A stretch of DNA of 64,000 bases from a virus, in the IMG/VR virus record IMGVR_UViG_3300019458_000001; one strand, 5' to 3'. The notes under the pieces are model-generated. The model was given only the letters and a program-made list of their open reading frames with translations. It had not been told where the DNA came from and searched no databases. This document shows, in pieces, positions 1-9,488 of this stretch. The translations under genes were made by a program, and so were the position numbers. How positions within the stretch are numbered: position 1 is the stretch's first letter; the number at the start of each line of letters is the position of its first letter.

Positions 1-2
1 CC

Positions 3-170
3 GACGGGCATAAGTACGTCGCCGTCGTCGGCAACCTGTCGGACGGCTTTGCGGCCTATGGGCCGTTCGACACGTTCGATGATGCGGCCGGGTGGGCGGA
101 CGGCATGCTAGACGCGTGGATCATGACTGTCGAGCCGCCGACGAAGCAAGACAAGAAGGAGACCACATGA
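3..170 (+). CDS. hypothetical protein, 3-prime partial (window edge)
   Basis: Open frame from the window start (..DGHKYVAVVGNLSDGFAAYGPFDTFDDAAGWADGMLDAWIMTVEPPTKQDKKETT*). The TGA overlaps the next ATG (ATGA at 167-170). Coding-like composition. Confidence 0.4.
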   Translation, partial: DGHKYVAVVGNLSDGFAAYGPFDTFDDAAGWADGMLDAWIMTVEPPTKQDKKETT

Positions 171-565
171 ACGAGATCAACCTCAAGGTCAAGAAGATCA
201 TCGACGAGATCCTCAGCCTGAAGAACCCGACCACCGCGGACTGCCGACAGCTCTACGAAGCCGTACGGGCGACCGAGCAGGTCGCTCGCGCGGACGCGAG
301 CGCCAAGGCGCTCAAGAACCTCCGGGTCGGCCTCAAGGTCGGGTTCGGCGACAAGACGAGATTCGGCCGGCGCTCCTGGAAAGAGGGCGTCATCGCCAGG
401 ATCAACCGCACCAAGGCGCTCGTCAAGGTCGGCTCGGTCGAGTGGACGGTCCCGTTCGACATGGTTGAAGTCCTCGATCAGCGCAAGAAGCTCCAGGAGC
501 CGATGGACCCCAATATCGAACGCGAGATCGAGGCCGAGGCCAGAGCCGAGGCGAGGTGCTCGTGA
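167..565 (+). CDS. hypothetical protein (132 aa)
   Basis: ATG at 167 is preceded by AAGGAG (154-159). It is the internal start of track ORF 92..565. The stop overlaps the next start. Confidence 0.6.
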   Translation: MNEINLKVKKIIDEILSLKNPTTADCRQLYEAVRATEQVARADASAKALKNLRVGLKVGFGDKTRFGRRSWKEGVIARINRTKALVKVGSVEWTVPFDMVEVLDQRKKLQEPMDPNIEREIEAEARAEARCS

Positions 566-942
566 TGGCTGCGAAGGCGGGCAAACAGGAAGGGCTCTGG
601 GAACGCGACGATATCCAGTTCTCAAGGCTCATTTCGGAGATAAACGCCGTAGGGCTCACCGAAATCCAGAAGAAACACCTCGCGGAGTCCATGGACGTGA
701 GCGCCGATGAGCTCTGGTCTCTTCTGCGTCGGGCCGAACTCCGGTTCATGGAACTCAAGGCGAGGTATCTCAACGAAGACAGGAGCCGCTGTTACAACTG
801 CTGTAAGATCTGGCTTGACGCTGACCTTTCCGTCGCGCGAGATCTGCACGAGCGGACGGAACCTGGCGGAACCATCCCGTCCGGAGAGTGCCCGAAATGC
901 GGCGCACTCACGTATCCGGTCAAGCGGAGGAGAAAGCGGTGA
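565..942 (+). CDS. hypothetical protein with CxxC..CxxC zinc-ribbon-like C-terminus
   Basis: ATG 565 overlaps the upstream TGA. Motifs CYNCC..CPKCG. Track ORF 556..942. Confidence 0.6.
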   Translation: MAAKAGKQEGLWERDDIQFSRLISEINAVGLTEIQKKHLAESMDVSADELWSLLRRAELRFMELKARYLNEDRSRCYNCCKIWLDADLSVARDLHERTEPGGTIPSGECPKCGALTYPVKRRRKR

Positions 943-1352
943 CTGACCGCATCGCCCTCGCCGATTGCAAGCATGGATTCGCGTACAAGATCACGTCTCG
1001 GAACCTCACCATCGGCGTCTTCAACGCCGATACGCGCGGCTTCGTCGGCATCCGGGAGAAGTTCGGCAGCGAGTATCTCTTCACGGAGTTCCACTTCGAC
1101 ACGGGCGCGCCGCATGGGACGGCTTCTCCGTTCCTTGAGATCGAGAAGTGCCCTATTGAGGATTTGCGCGCGGCCTTTGAGACCGTGTGCTCGGTGTGTC
1201 GGCAGCATGTCGCGTTCGTGCGGAACGTGCCAGAGGACGGCTATGGAGAGTGGCTCCACAACGGGACTCGATGCGACAATGGGTCGCCATACGCGCCGCA
1301 GAACGACGCGCTCTTCGGTTATCTCAAGAACGTTCACGAGCGCATCCGATGA
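939..1352 (+). CDS. hypothetical protein
   Basis: In-frame GTG at 939 overlaps the upstream TGA (GTGA). Track ORF 888..1352. Confidence 0.5.
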   Translation: MTDRIALADCKHGFAYKITSRNLTIGVFNADTRGFVGIREKFGSEYLFTEFHFDTGAPHGTASPFLEIEKCPIEDLRAAFETVCSVCRQHVAFVRNVPEDGYGEWLHNGTRCDNGSPYAPQNDALFGYLKNVHERIR

Positions 1353-1582
1353 AGACGTACAACGCGCGCTGGGTCGTCGTCCTTGTCGAAGGCGGGATCC
1401 CCCGAAGCGTATGGCTGAAGTCGTCGTACGACGCAGCCATTGCGAAAGCTAAGCAGATCGTGCAGAGCAGCGAGTTCGGCCGCGATGACGATTGCGTCCA
1501 GGTGTTCGAGACGTCGCTTAACCCGATCAACTCTGGAACCGCGCTCCTCTCGAACGGCACGATCGACAAATGGCTGAAGTAG
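1349..1582 (+). CDS. hypothetical protein (77 aa)
   Basis: ATG 1349 in an ATGA overlap with the upstream stop (MKTYNARW..). Ends in TAG. Confidence 0.6.
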   Translation: MKTYNARWVVVLVEGGIPRSVWLKSSYDAAIAKAKQIVQSSEFGRDDDCVQVFETSLNPINSGTALLSNGTIDKWLK

Positions 1583-1585
1583 GCC

Positions 1586-2104
1586 TTAGCCTGGCGACGG
1601 CCTCAGGGCGAGCCGCTCGGCGCGACTCCCGAACCTGGACCAGATGTCCTGTTCTGCCGGAGCCTTGAGCTTCTCGCGCGTGATGCCGGACTTCTGCGGA
1701 ACGGTCGGCTTCATCGACTCGGCGCGGTGCCGGACCATTGTCTGAAGCGGGGCGACCGGGGGAGGGGACGGCGGCTTCCCTCCCCCGAAGAACCGCTTCA
1801 GGGCGTCCATGACGCCGGCGTCCTTTTCGGCGGCGAGCTTGATCTCGTAGATGAATCCGGCCATGAACGGGTCGGATCCGAACTTGCGCTCGAGCTGGTC
1901 CACCATCTCGCGCGCTCCTTCTGCGATTGCTGTAGGCACGCCGCCCTCCGTCTTGAAAGCCAGGGTCTTCGGGGAGCGCTTCACTATCCCGAGCGTCTCC
2001 CGCGGGACCGATGGACCCGCGGGCATCCCGGCGATAACGTCGGTCCCCTGCTCGGCCGGGCCGATCACCGCGATCGCGTCCTTACGAAGGAGGTCTCGGC
2101 GCAA
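1586..2104 (-). CDS. hypothetical protein
   Basis: Track ORF of 172 aa, last gene of the minus-strand block. Start uncertain: TTG 2104, or the internal GTG or ATG. Confidence 0.5.
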   Translation of the reverse strand: MRRDLLRKDAIAVIGPAEQGTDVIAGMPAGPSVPRETLGIVKRSPKTLAFKTEGGVPTAIAEGAREMVDQLERKFGSDPFMAGFIYEIKLAAEKDAGVMDALKRFFGGGKPPSPPPVAPLQTMVRHRAESMKPTVPQKSGITREKLKAPAEQDIWSRFGSRAERLALRPSPG

Positions 2105-3065
2105 AAGCCGTCTCCTTCTCGTTCTTGAAAAAGTCTCCGCGCCCCATGGCCTGGGGCAACGCCTGGTCCGCGATCTGTTTGCCCTTCTCCTTCGGGATCT
2201 TGCCGTCGCGGACGTCTTTGGAGGCGCCCAGGATCGTCTGGATGAGTTCCGCCATCTTCTGGAGGTCCTGCATGCTCACCATCGCGGTCCCGTAGACGTA
2301 GCTGTCAAGCATGATGTTGAATTTGTAGAGCAGACCGAGCGACGACCTCTCCAGGAGCTCCGAAAGCTCGCCGCCGAAGTCGATTCCGAGCGCGTAGTAG
2401 ACGAAGTAGTCCTGGCGCCTGTAGGCGGACTCCTTTATGAGACGGTTCCGGCCCTGGAGAAGCTCGAAGTAGTATCGGGCCGAGTCCGGATCCATGACCT
2501 TCCAGTTCCAGAAGTACTCGATGAACAGGGCCACCTCGTCCTTCGTGTATTCCCGGCCGAACTTCGCCCGAATCGACTGCGCGATCTCTTCCTCGCCGCG
2601 GCTCATCATGTGGAGCGACTCGGCGAGCAGGCGAACGTCGTCGCGTTTCAGGATCTCGTAACCTCGGCCGAACGCGGCGACGAACTCGTCCAGGGTCTTC
2701 CCGCGAATCAGGTTCAGGCTCGGGTCCTGATGCGCGGACATTCTGAGGCGCTCGATGTACTCGACGGGCGCCCTCGGATAGCCGAGATCGGACAGGATCT
2801 GGTTCAGCTCGACGGCGTTCCTTGCGAAGAAGGCCGACGCCATGATGAACTTCTCGCAGGGCATCGCCAGCGCCCGATGCGCAAGCTCCGCCTTGAGCGC
2901 GATGACTTCGGCCGAGGGGACCTTGACGTGCCGGCCGGTGGTCGTGATCGGGTGGAGCTTCCCAGACTGGACGAGGGCGTAGAAATCCTTTGTCGTGATC
3001 GAGAGAAGCCGGCAGACCTTGGCCCTGGAAAGCAGGACGGCCTGGGTCGGTTCGAGCTCCTCCAT
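2082..3065 (-). CDS. DNA-binding protein with N-terminal excisionase/MerR-type HTH (possible small terminase; function uncertain)
   Basis: N-terminus LLSRAKVCRLLSITTKDFYALVQSGKLHPI resembles an HTH_17/Xis-type helix-turn-helix. 327-aa ORF within a structural operon. Confidence 0.55.
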   Translation of the reverse strand: MEELEPTQAVLLSRAKVCRLLSITTKDFYALVQSGKLHPITTTGRHVKVPSAEVIALKAELAHRALAMPCEKFIMASAFFARNAVELNQILSDLGYPRAPVEYIERLRMSAHQDPSLNLIRGKTLDEFVAAFGRGYEILKRDDVRLLAESLHMMSRGEEEIAQSIRAKFGREYTKDEVALFIEYFWNWKVMDPDSARYYFELLQGRNRLIKESAYRRQDYFVYYALGIDFGGELSELLERSSLGLLYKFNIMLDSYVYGTAMVSMQDLQKMAELIQTILGASKDVRDGKIPKEKGKQIADQALPQAMGRGDFFKNEKETAFAPRPPS

Positions 3066-3066
3066 G

Positions 3067-3300
3067 TTAGTCGCCCGTCTTCGGCGTCCTCTTGAGCGCG
3101 GTCCTGGCGGCGACTTCCTTCCAGCGGGACCCGTAGCGTTTCTTGAGGTCCGCGGCGTTGCGCTTCATGCCGTAGTAGACCTTCTCGACCTTCGTGTCTG
3201 GGCGCCGCTTGAACTCCTTGTCGCGCATGTGAACGACCTTCGCGCTCTTGGAAAGCTCGTCGGCGAGCCCGGCGATGAAGGGATTTGAGATCTGGCTCAT
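3067..3300 (-). CDS. hypothetical protein (77 aa, basic)
   Basis: Track ORF, tightly packed between neighbouring genes. Confidence 0.5.
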   Translation of the reverse strand: MSQISNPFIAGLADELSKSAKVVHMRDKEFKRRPDTKVEKVYYGMKRNAADLKKRYGSRWKEVAARTALKRTPKTGD

Positions 3301-3308
3301 GGCGTCTC

Positions 3309-5555
3309 CTACGCGACGGCTTCGGGAGCGGACTGGCTGGCGGGCATCCGGATCATGCTGGAGAGGTACTCCAGGTGCTCGTTCACTTCGTTCAGGGATT
3401 TCATCGCGGAGAGCGCAGCCTGCTCCGGAACCTGCTTCTTGAGGCCGAGCGAGCTGTAGAGATAAAGCTCCGCGAGCTTCTCCTCGACCTCGCGGAACGC
3501 GGGCAGGTTCTTCATGAACTCGACGAGGTTCGCCTCATTGACGAAGTTGAGGCTGAGCATCGCGTCGACCGCCTTCGGGTCGGTCATCGTCGAGGCCTGC
3601 TTGGTGAGGTTCCGGCGGAAGATCGCGGCCAGTTCCGCGAGCGCCCGGTCCTGGACCTGGTCCTTCTTCACGAGGTCTTTCGCGGGCCGGAGGTTCGAGA
3701 CGTTCACCTCGCCACGATCCACGGCCATGGCCGTGATGTGCGCGGCTCCATCGAGCGGGACGCCCAGGAGCGTCAGGATCCAGTGCGTCTCTGTCGGCGA
3801 GAGTTCCTGGAGCTCGGCATCGCGCCTCAGGGACTCGAGGATCGCGCCTTTCAGGACGTATGTTCCGTCGCCGGCGGAGATCACCCGGAGCGATCGGCCG
3901 TGTCCCTTTCGGGTCGTCTCGACCGAGAACGGCTCGAGCGAACGTTCCGAGAAGAAATGCTTGCGCTTCACGAGGTCCTTCGCCTCAACGGGGCTGCTGA
4001 CCAGGCGCAGGCGTTTGCCGAGCGGGATGAAGTGGAAGCTCGGAGGGACGAAGAAGACGTTTCCGGCCAGGTGCGATCCGATGGTCGAGTCCGCGATCCC
4101 GGTGGCGTTCAGGAACCGGGTGACGCCCGGCATCATGACGAACGCGAGATGCTCGCCCGCCTGGCCCACCGCCTGGACGGTGAGATAGCTCATCATCCAG
4201 CCGACGTTCGTCACCTTGAACGGCATGAGCGCGAACTGGCCCTTCTCGTCCGAGCCAACGAACGTGCCCTCCTCGCCGACATCGACGGAGCCCGCCTTGA
4301 GCCCGGAGAACACATCCCCGAGGCGCTCTCCGACGTAGTCGTCCTGGAACGCAAATGCGTTCCCCGTGATGAAGAGGCAGCCCGGCGCCGGATTCCCGGA
4401 ATAGTCCAAGACCCTGTTCCAGGCCTGACCCTCGACGAAGCTCCCGTCCTTCGTCACGACCATGTAGTGGCCGTCGTTCTTCACCTGCTCGGCGACGAGC
4501 TCGTGGTCCTCGAGGATCACGGGCTTCACATGCGTCCGGTTGCCGGATTCGATCAGGATCTCGTCCGACTCGCGCATGAGGGACGCAACCCTCGGCTCGA
4601 CATCCGAATAGCGGGCAACAACCTCGTCCGGATGAAGCTCCCGGATGACGGGCTTGTAGAAGTAGTCGTTCGCCTCCTTGCAGCGCCACCGGCCGTTCGA
4701 GAGGCGGCACAGGTACGCCGTGTGGCACGGGGCCGCCTTTTCGATAAAGTCCAGGTAGTCGTCGAAGCTCGTCGGCTTCGTCCCGAGAATCTCCCGAACG
4801 ATGTTCAGGGTCTTGTTGACCGAAAACCCGCAGAGCGCCTCGTCGGTCATGCACCTCCGGAAGCTGTCCCATTCGGAGTTCCGGATCGTGGCGGAGATCG
4901 TTCCGATGAACGTGCTGTCCTTGGAGGGATCCGCCGATCCCGAGCGCTTCTCGAGCTTCGGCTCGAACTTCTCCGCGGCGCCCTTGGCCGGGGTCCAGTT
5001 CGAGTAGTCGCCCTCGCCCCCCGAGAGCGAGTAGTTCCCGTAGAGGTTGCCCAGGTACCCCACGGTGGGCGGAATCATCTTGTCGAGGAAGAGCGGGGAC
5101 GGCTGGAAGTACGGATCCAGGCCGCTCGCCACCTGGGCCGAGCCCATCGCCTCGGAGAACCGGTTCTCCGTGAGGGCGCCCACTTTCTCCCCGTGGATGA
5201 AGACCTCGAACGGCTTCAGGAGGAACCCCTCGACAACGATGGGGACCGCGACCTTCTGGGGTTCCGATTCGAGGCGTTCCTGGGGACTGCCCAGGCCCGT
5301 CACCTGATAGGGCTTCCGGAGGATGATCGCGCCGAAGGCGCTGCCGGTCTTCTCGTCGATCTTCTCGAACTCAATTTCGGGAGCCGACGCCTGATAAGCA
5401 TACGGATGCTCGCTGGCGAACTCCTGGAGAATGACCGCCGGCCACTCGCGGACGTCCTGCGAGAGCTCGACCTCCTGGCCCGTTTTCTCGAAATCGGCGG
5501 GGCCGTATGGACGGTACTCGAGCGGCGCGTCGGGTCCTTCCTTTGGATCGGTCAC
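3309..5555 (-). CDS. large hypothetical virion-associated protein (748 aa)
   Basis: Track ORF 3309..6122, trimmed to an in-frame GTG at 5555 that is preceded by GGAGGA (4-nt spacer). The upstream part overlaps gene 5612..7051. Confidence 0.65.
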   Translation of the reverse strand: MTDPKEGPDAPLEYRPYGPADFEKTGQEVELSQDVREWPAVILQEFASEHPYAYQASAPEIEFEKIDEKTGSAFGAIILRKPYQVTGLGSPQERLESEPQKVAVPIVVEGFLLKPFEVFIHGEKVGALTENRFSEAMGSAQVASGLDPYFQPSPLFLDKMIPPTVGYLGNLYGNYSLSGGEGDYSNWTPAKGAAEKFEPKLEKRSGSADPSKDSTFIGTISATIRNSEWDSFRRCMTDEALCGFSVNKTLNIVREILGTKPTSFDDYLDFIEKAAPCHTAYLCRLSNGRWRCKEANDYFYKPVIRELHPDEVVARYSDVEPRVASLMRESDEILIESGNRTHVKPVILEDHELVAEQVKNDGHYMVVTKDGSFVEGQAWNRVLDYSGNPAPGCLFITGNAFAFQDDYVGERLGDVFSGLKAGSVDVGEEGTFVGSDEKGQFALMPFKVTNVGWMMSYLTVQAVGQAGEHLAFVMMPGVTRFLNATGIADSTIGSHLAGNVFFVPPSFHFIPLGKRLRLVSSPVEAKDLVKRKHFFSERSLEPFSVETTRKGHGRSLRVISAGDGTYVLKGAILESLRRDAELQELSPTETHWILTLLGVPLDGAAHITAMAVDRGEVNVSNLRPAKDLVKKDQVQDRALAELAAIFRRNLTKQASTMTDPKAVDAMLSLNFVNEANLVEFMKNLPAFREVEEKLAELYLYSSLGLKKQVPEQAALSAMKSLNEVNEHLEYLSSMIRMPASQSAPEAVA

Positions 5556-5611
5556 GGCGTCCTCCGGGTATTGGGGTCCAGTGTACCCGATCGAAGCCGC
5601 GACGTTCAGGG

Positions 5612-7051
5612 CTACTGGGCGCCGAGGATCGTGAGGATCTCGGTGATCCTCAGGTTGTTGTTCACGATCTGGGCGTCCATCTTGACCACGGCCTTGCTGA
5701 AATTGATCGACTCCGCCAGCGTCCCGTCGGCCAGACGCGCCCTCTGGGTGATCCAGAAGAAGCGCCTGCCCCACAGGAACGTGAGAAGCGTGGAGAGCTG
5801 TGGCCCACGGGTTACATCGATGAACCCCTCGCGTCCGGCCGGCGTCGGGCCAAGCGCCGTAAGACGCGCCGTCAAGACCGCGTTCGAGAGGGTCGTCGTG
5901 ATCGTCGTCGCGAACGTCGTCGTCGAAGCCAGGTGCGCCGACGCCGACGCCGACGCCGCGGTCGCATTCGAGATATCTGTCGCGGTAACGTGGTCGTTCG
6001 GGACTGGGTTGAGCGCCAGGAACGACGTGATCGCCGCGATCTGCGCCGTGAGTGCCGTGATCGTTGTGGACACGGCCGCCACGAGAAGCGGGTACGAAGC
6101 CGACGCGAATCTCAGCGTCCACGGAGACGTGTCCGGGCCCGCGGCGATGATGATCGGGATGTTCAACTGCTCGATGTCGATCTGCGCCCTCTCGTTGCCG
6201 GCGAACGTCCCCGCCCCTCCGAACAGATTCGCGTTCGGGGCGGGCACGGACGGATCCCCGACAGGAGGCACCGGATAGAGCGGGACTGCGTATACATCGA
6301 TGCTTGAGAAGATCGCGGCTTCCGTGACGGGCGGCGCGACGGTCGGCCCTGGGATGACGAGGTTTCTGCGCTCGGCTTCAGGACCGAGAATCGTCTTCGT
6401 CTCGATCGACTCGTGGATGTACTTGAATCCGGCGTCCTTGTCGTCCATCTCGCGCTTCGCGATCTGCGACTGGGCTTTCGCCGTTCCAAGCGACGCGTTC
6501 GCCTCGGTGAGAACGTTCACCAGACCTGTCGTGATCTGGTACTTCGCGTGAAGCTGATCCGTCCCGAGAAACGTCACCCCGGAGGACGTCAGCGTGACCG
6601 CCCCGGTCTGGTAGTTGACCGTGTAGTGCGTTCCCTCCGAGAGCAGCGCGCCCGTGATCGTCGTCTTGTGGAGCTCGAGCGTAGACGGTGTCGTGTAGGC
6701 CGCGCGCAGGGTCTCGAGACCCAGGAACGTCACGCCCGTTCCCGTAAGCGTCACGACTCCGGTCGCCAGAACGACGCTGTAGTGGGTCGGATCGACAAGC
6801 GTGGGTCCCGTGACCGACGTCTTCCGGAGCGTGAGCGAACCGCTCGTGATCGGGAAGAAGTTGATCTGGTAGCTTGTGTCGATGCCGTCCCCGAGCCCAA
6901 TCAGGTCGTCGACGAGCGTCCGCGGGCCGACTGCGGGGAAGAAGTCGAGCTGGTACGCCGTTGTGACGTTGTCGCCAGTCCCAAGAAGCTCGTCGATCGC
7001 CCCAAAGAATTCTGCGATCTGAGCGGCCGTAAGCGGAGCCACTGATGGCAT
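5612..7051 (-). CDS. structural protein with tandem ~48-aa repeats
   Basis: 479-aa ORF. Repeats LTLRKTSVTGPTLVDPTHYSVVLATGVVTLTGTGVTFLGLETLRAAY and TLELHKTTITGALLSEGTHYTVNYQTGAVTLTSSGVTFLGTDQLHAKY. Confidence 0.65.
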   Translation of the reverse strand: MPSVAPLTAAQIAEFFGAIDELLGTGDNVTTAYQLDFFPAVGPRTLVDDLIGLGDGIDTSYQINFFPITSGSLTLRKTSVTGPTLVDPTHYSVVLATGVVTLTGTGVTFLGLETLRAAYTTPSTLELHKTTITGALLSEGTHYTVNYQTGAVTLTSSGVTFLGTDQLHAKYQITTGLVNVLTEANASLGTAKAQSQIAKREMDDKDAGFKYIHESIETKTILGPEAERRNLVIPGPTVAPPVTEAAIFSSIDVYAVPLYPVPPVGDPSVPAPNANLFGGAGTFAGNERAQIDIEQLNIPIIIAAGPDTSPWTLRFASASYPLLVAAVSTTITALTAQIAAITSFLALNPVPNDHVTATDISNATAASASASAHLASTTTFATTITTTLSNAVLTARLTALGPTPAGREGFIDVTRGPQLSTLLTFLWGRRFFWITQRARLADGTLAESINFSKAVVKMDAQIVNNNLRITEILTILGAQ

Positions 7052-7053
7052 GG

Positions 7054-8235
7054 TTATCCCGCCGCCGTCACGGTCCCTGAGCCGTTCTGAACGAAGCCGC
7101 TGGCACTTCCGCTCCCTCCCATGACTCCGAAGACGATCACCCTGTCGATGATCTTCCTGGCCACGCCAAGCCCGCCGAGCGCGCCGAGGTTCGTCAGCCC
7201 GTCTTGAGTGACGACTTTCGGCGCCGAGAGGATCACCTGCGTCTGGGCGCTGACCGTGACCTTTCCGTTCGTCTCGGCGAGCACCGTCGCCAAGGGCGCC
7301 GTCCCGCTCTTCGCGGTGATGGCGATCGCCGTGGGAGCGATCGACAGCTCCGTGTGCAGCCCCGTCGGAGGACCGGCAATCAGCGCGAAGTTCCCGCCCG
7401 GAGCGAGCGAAATAGACGTCGACGTCGATCCGTCGCTCGACGTCAGGATGATCCCGTTCGGGCCGAGCGCAATCCTAGAGGTGATGTCGTCCTTGTCCTT
7501 CACCTCGAGGAAGAAGTGGTTCGCCTGCTCGCTGAAGAGCACCGTCATCCGCGCCCCTCCGCGGAGTTCTCCGGCGTCCAGGTTCTCCTTCGTGGCGGAC
7601 TTGGTGAAGAACGTGCCCGCCAGGCTCATCGAACGCTTCGACTTCTCCTGCCCCTCTGTCCAGAGGACCTGCCCGCCGGCCGTGAAAGTCTTGTGCTGTC
7701 GACACAGCGTCTCGAAGGTCGCCGACACGGCGTCGTAGAACGTGAAGAGGTCCCTCCTCGCATCAATCGCGATCGACCCTCCCGGATGCACGAGCACCCG
7801 GTTCCCGAAAGGGCTCTTGATCTCGATCGACCCGGGGATGAGCTGGCTCTCCGCGAATGTCCCCTTGAGCGACTGGCCGTTCGTGCCGGACGACGCGAGG
7901 GACGCCGACGCACGTCCCTGGTTCAGGCGGCTCGTCGGATGGTACCCGACGACATAGGCGAGGTTCCCGGCCACGAGCGCCAGCAGGCATTTGTCCCCGA
8001 CGTTCGGGATGGCGAAGATGCCGGCTCTTCCGCTCGCCGAGGCGTAGGGAAAGAGAAACGGCACCCGCGTCTTGGTTTCGTTCTTGATCGTGACGACGTC
8101 GCACGTCATCGTGACGTTGTTGGCCTCGTCGGTGTGGACTTTTACAATCGTCCCTTCGATGATGTTGGACGCCTGGTGTCCACCGAAGAACGGATTGTCG
8201 CCGCGATCCAGGTATGTCGTCTGGGGTTCGTTCAC
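7054..8235 (-). CDS. baseplate hub/spike protein, gpV/gp45 (VgrG-like OB-fold) family
   Basis: N-terminus GTIVKVHTDE..VPFLFPYASASGRAGIFAIPNVGDKCLLAL resembles the phage baseplate assembly protein V OB-fold. The C-terminus is Gly/Ser/Thr-rich and beta-helix-like. GTG start with GGAG. Confidence 0.55.
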   Translation of the reverse strand: MNEPQTTYLDRGDNPFFGGHQASNIIEGTIVKVHTDEANNVTMTCDVVTIKNETKTRVPFLFPYASASGRAGIFAIPNVGDKCLLALVAGNLAYVVGYHPTSRLNQGRASASLASSGTNGQSLKGTFAESQLIPGSIEIKSPFGNRVLVHPGGSIAIDARRDLFTFYDAVSATFETLCRQHKTFTAGGQVLWTEGQEKSKRSMSLAGTFFTKSATKENLDAGELRGGARMTVLFSEQANHFFLEVKDKDDITSRIALGPNGIILTSSDGSTSTSISLAPGGNFALIAGPPTGLHTELSIAPTAIAITAKSGTAPLATVLAETNGKVTVSAQTQVILSAPKVVTQDGLTNLGALGGLGVARKIIDRVIVFGVMGGSGSASGFVQNGSGTVTAAG

Positions 8236-8268
8236 CAGCGCTCCATCTTACCAGAGGAGGCCATTATC

Positions 8269-9216
8269 GTGCGCACCGTCTACCTCCGCCACATTCTCGA
8301 GGCCGGATTCTGCGGCCGCAACGTCGACAGCTACCCGGGGCGCGGGCGAGGCCATACGCACGTCGCGCTCGACCGGCTGATCCTCAACGGCAAGCTCGAG
8401 ACCTACGCCCTTGAGGACAGGGTCGTGCAGGCGGGGAACGCCTACGACATACCTTATGAGGAGCGTGAATACTTCGGCAAGTGCCTTGCGGCGCTCAACG
8501 CAAAGTCGTCAGCTTTCACGGGCGGCGGGCTCGTCGCCGAAGAACACGACTCGACGTTCGACGGCTGCCCGGAGGAAACGGTCATCCGCCACATCACGAT
8601 CAGGTCGGGAGACATCTACGTCGAACCGTTCTACGGATTCTACGCGCCGACCCACTTCACGCCGTTCTTCGCGCTGTGCAGCGCCTTTCTGAGCGGCCAA
8701 AGCGATTCCGTGCGCATCAAGACGGTCTCGCTCTTCGGAGACATGGCCAACGATGAGACCTACCCGATCCGGCCGGCGATCCTTCGCCGCCTTCTCACGG
8801 AGGCGCTCGACCACTCGAACACGAAGCCCGGATGGCCGTGCATGTCCTGCCCGAAGAAGGACTGCAACTTCAACGAGGAGTTCCACGCCATGGTTCACGA
8901 ATGGCTCAAGGCGAAGCAGCGCCTCGAGGAGTCCGAGCGCAAGCTCAAGGACCACCTGACCATGCACGGGCCCACGCAATCCGGCGCCCACCTCATCCAC
9001 ATGAAGGCCCACAGGCGCCGGTTTTTCAACGACGCGCAATTCGGCGCGCTCTACGCCAAGCTCGTCGAGCTCGACCCGAAAGGCTACATGAGGTTCTTCA
9101 CGCCGGACGCGGCGGAGATCTTCAAGGCGATAGAAAAGGGCGATCTTCCCCAGGAACTGAAGAACTTCTTCAAGCAGTCGCAGTACTACACGATCGAGGG
9201 GAGCCTGTCGCCATGA
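8269..9216 (+). CDS. hypothetical protein (315 aa)
   Basis: In-frame GTG 8269 preceded by GAGGAGG. The upstream part of track ORF 7204..9216 is antisense to gene 7054..8235. Confidence 0.6.
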   Translation: MRTVYLRHILEAGFCGRNVDSYPGRGRGHTHVALDRLILNGKLETYALEDRVVQAGNAYDIPYEEREYFGKCLAALNAKSSAFTGGGLVAEEHDSTFDGCPEETVIRHITIRSGDIYVEPFYGFYAPTHFTPFFALCSAFLSGQSDSVRIKTVSLFGDMANDETYPIRPAILRRLLTEALDHSNTKPGWPCMSCPKKDCNFNEEFHAMVHEWLKAKQRLEESERKLKDHLTMHGPTQSGAHLIHMKAHRRRFFNDAQFGALYAKLVELDPKGYMRFFTPDAAEIFKAIEKGDLPQELKNFFKQSQYYTIEGSLSP

Positions 9217-9488
9217 TCAAGTGCATCGTCGTCACGCTGATCGGCCCCTGCATCGTTCCGAAGAAGACGTACGATCGGATCATCGCAAAGAAGGCCGAGG
9301 ACGAACGCTGGGGGGACCAGGTCCTGTTCACGCTCAGGATCAACGATGCGGAGTCGTTCGACTTCCAGATCACAGGAGGAAACGTCCCGGCCGTGAACGG
9401 CTTCGAGGAGTTCGAGCACAGCTACATCGATATGACGCGCTGCCCGTTCTGCGGATCGTCCGCTGGAAGAAGGAACATCATCATATGA
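9213..9488 (+). CDS. hypothetical protein (91 aa)
   Basis: ATGA overlap at 9213 (MIKCIVV..). C-terminal CPFCG. Confidence 0.5.
   Translation: MIKCIVVTLIGPCIVPKKTYDRIIAKKAEDERWGDQVLFTLRINDAESFDFQITGGNVPAVNGFEEFEHSYIDMTRCPFCGSSAGRRNIII

Noticed and set aside
3285-6278. 997-aa plus-strand ORF. Similar long antisense ORFs are 14318..17506 (-), 35042..36919 (+), 38827..40080 (+), 46678..48318 (+), 49196..50662 (+) and 59320..60723 (+).
   Set aside because: They lie antisense to ORFs that have clear motifs or protein-like sequence. Their translations are Arg/Gly/Asp/Leu/Val-rich, as expected for the shadow frame of high-G+C genes. They have no RBS or coupling signals.
8236-8268. Divergent promoter region between 7054..8235 (-) and 8269..9216 (+).
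   Set aside because: The gap is only 33 nt and is fully occupied by the two RBSs. No -35/-10 elements fit, so the promoters must lie inside the flanking genes or the genes belong to longer transcripts.
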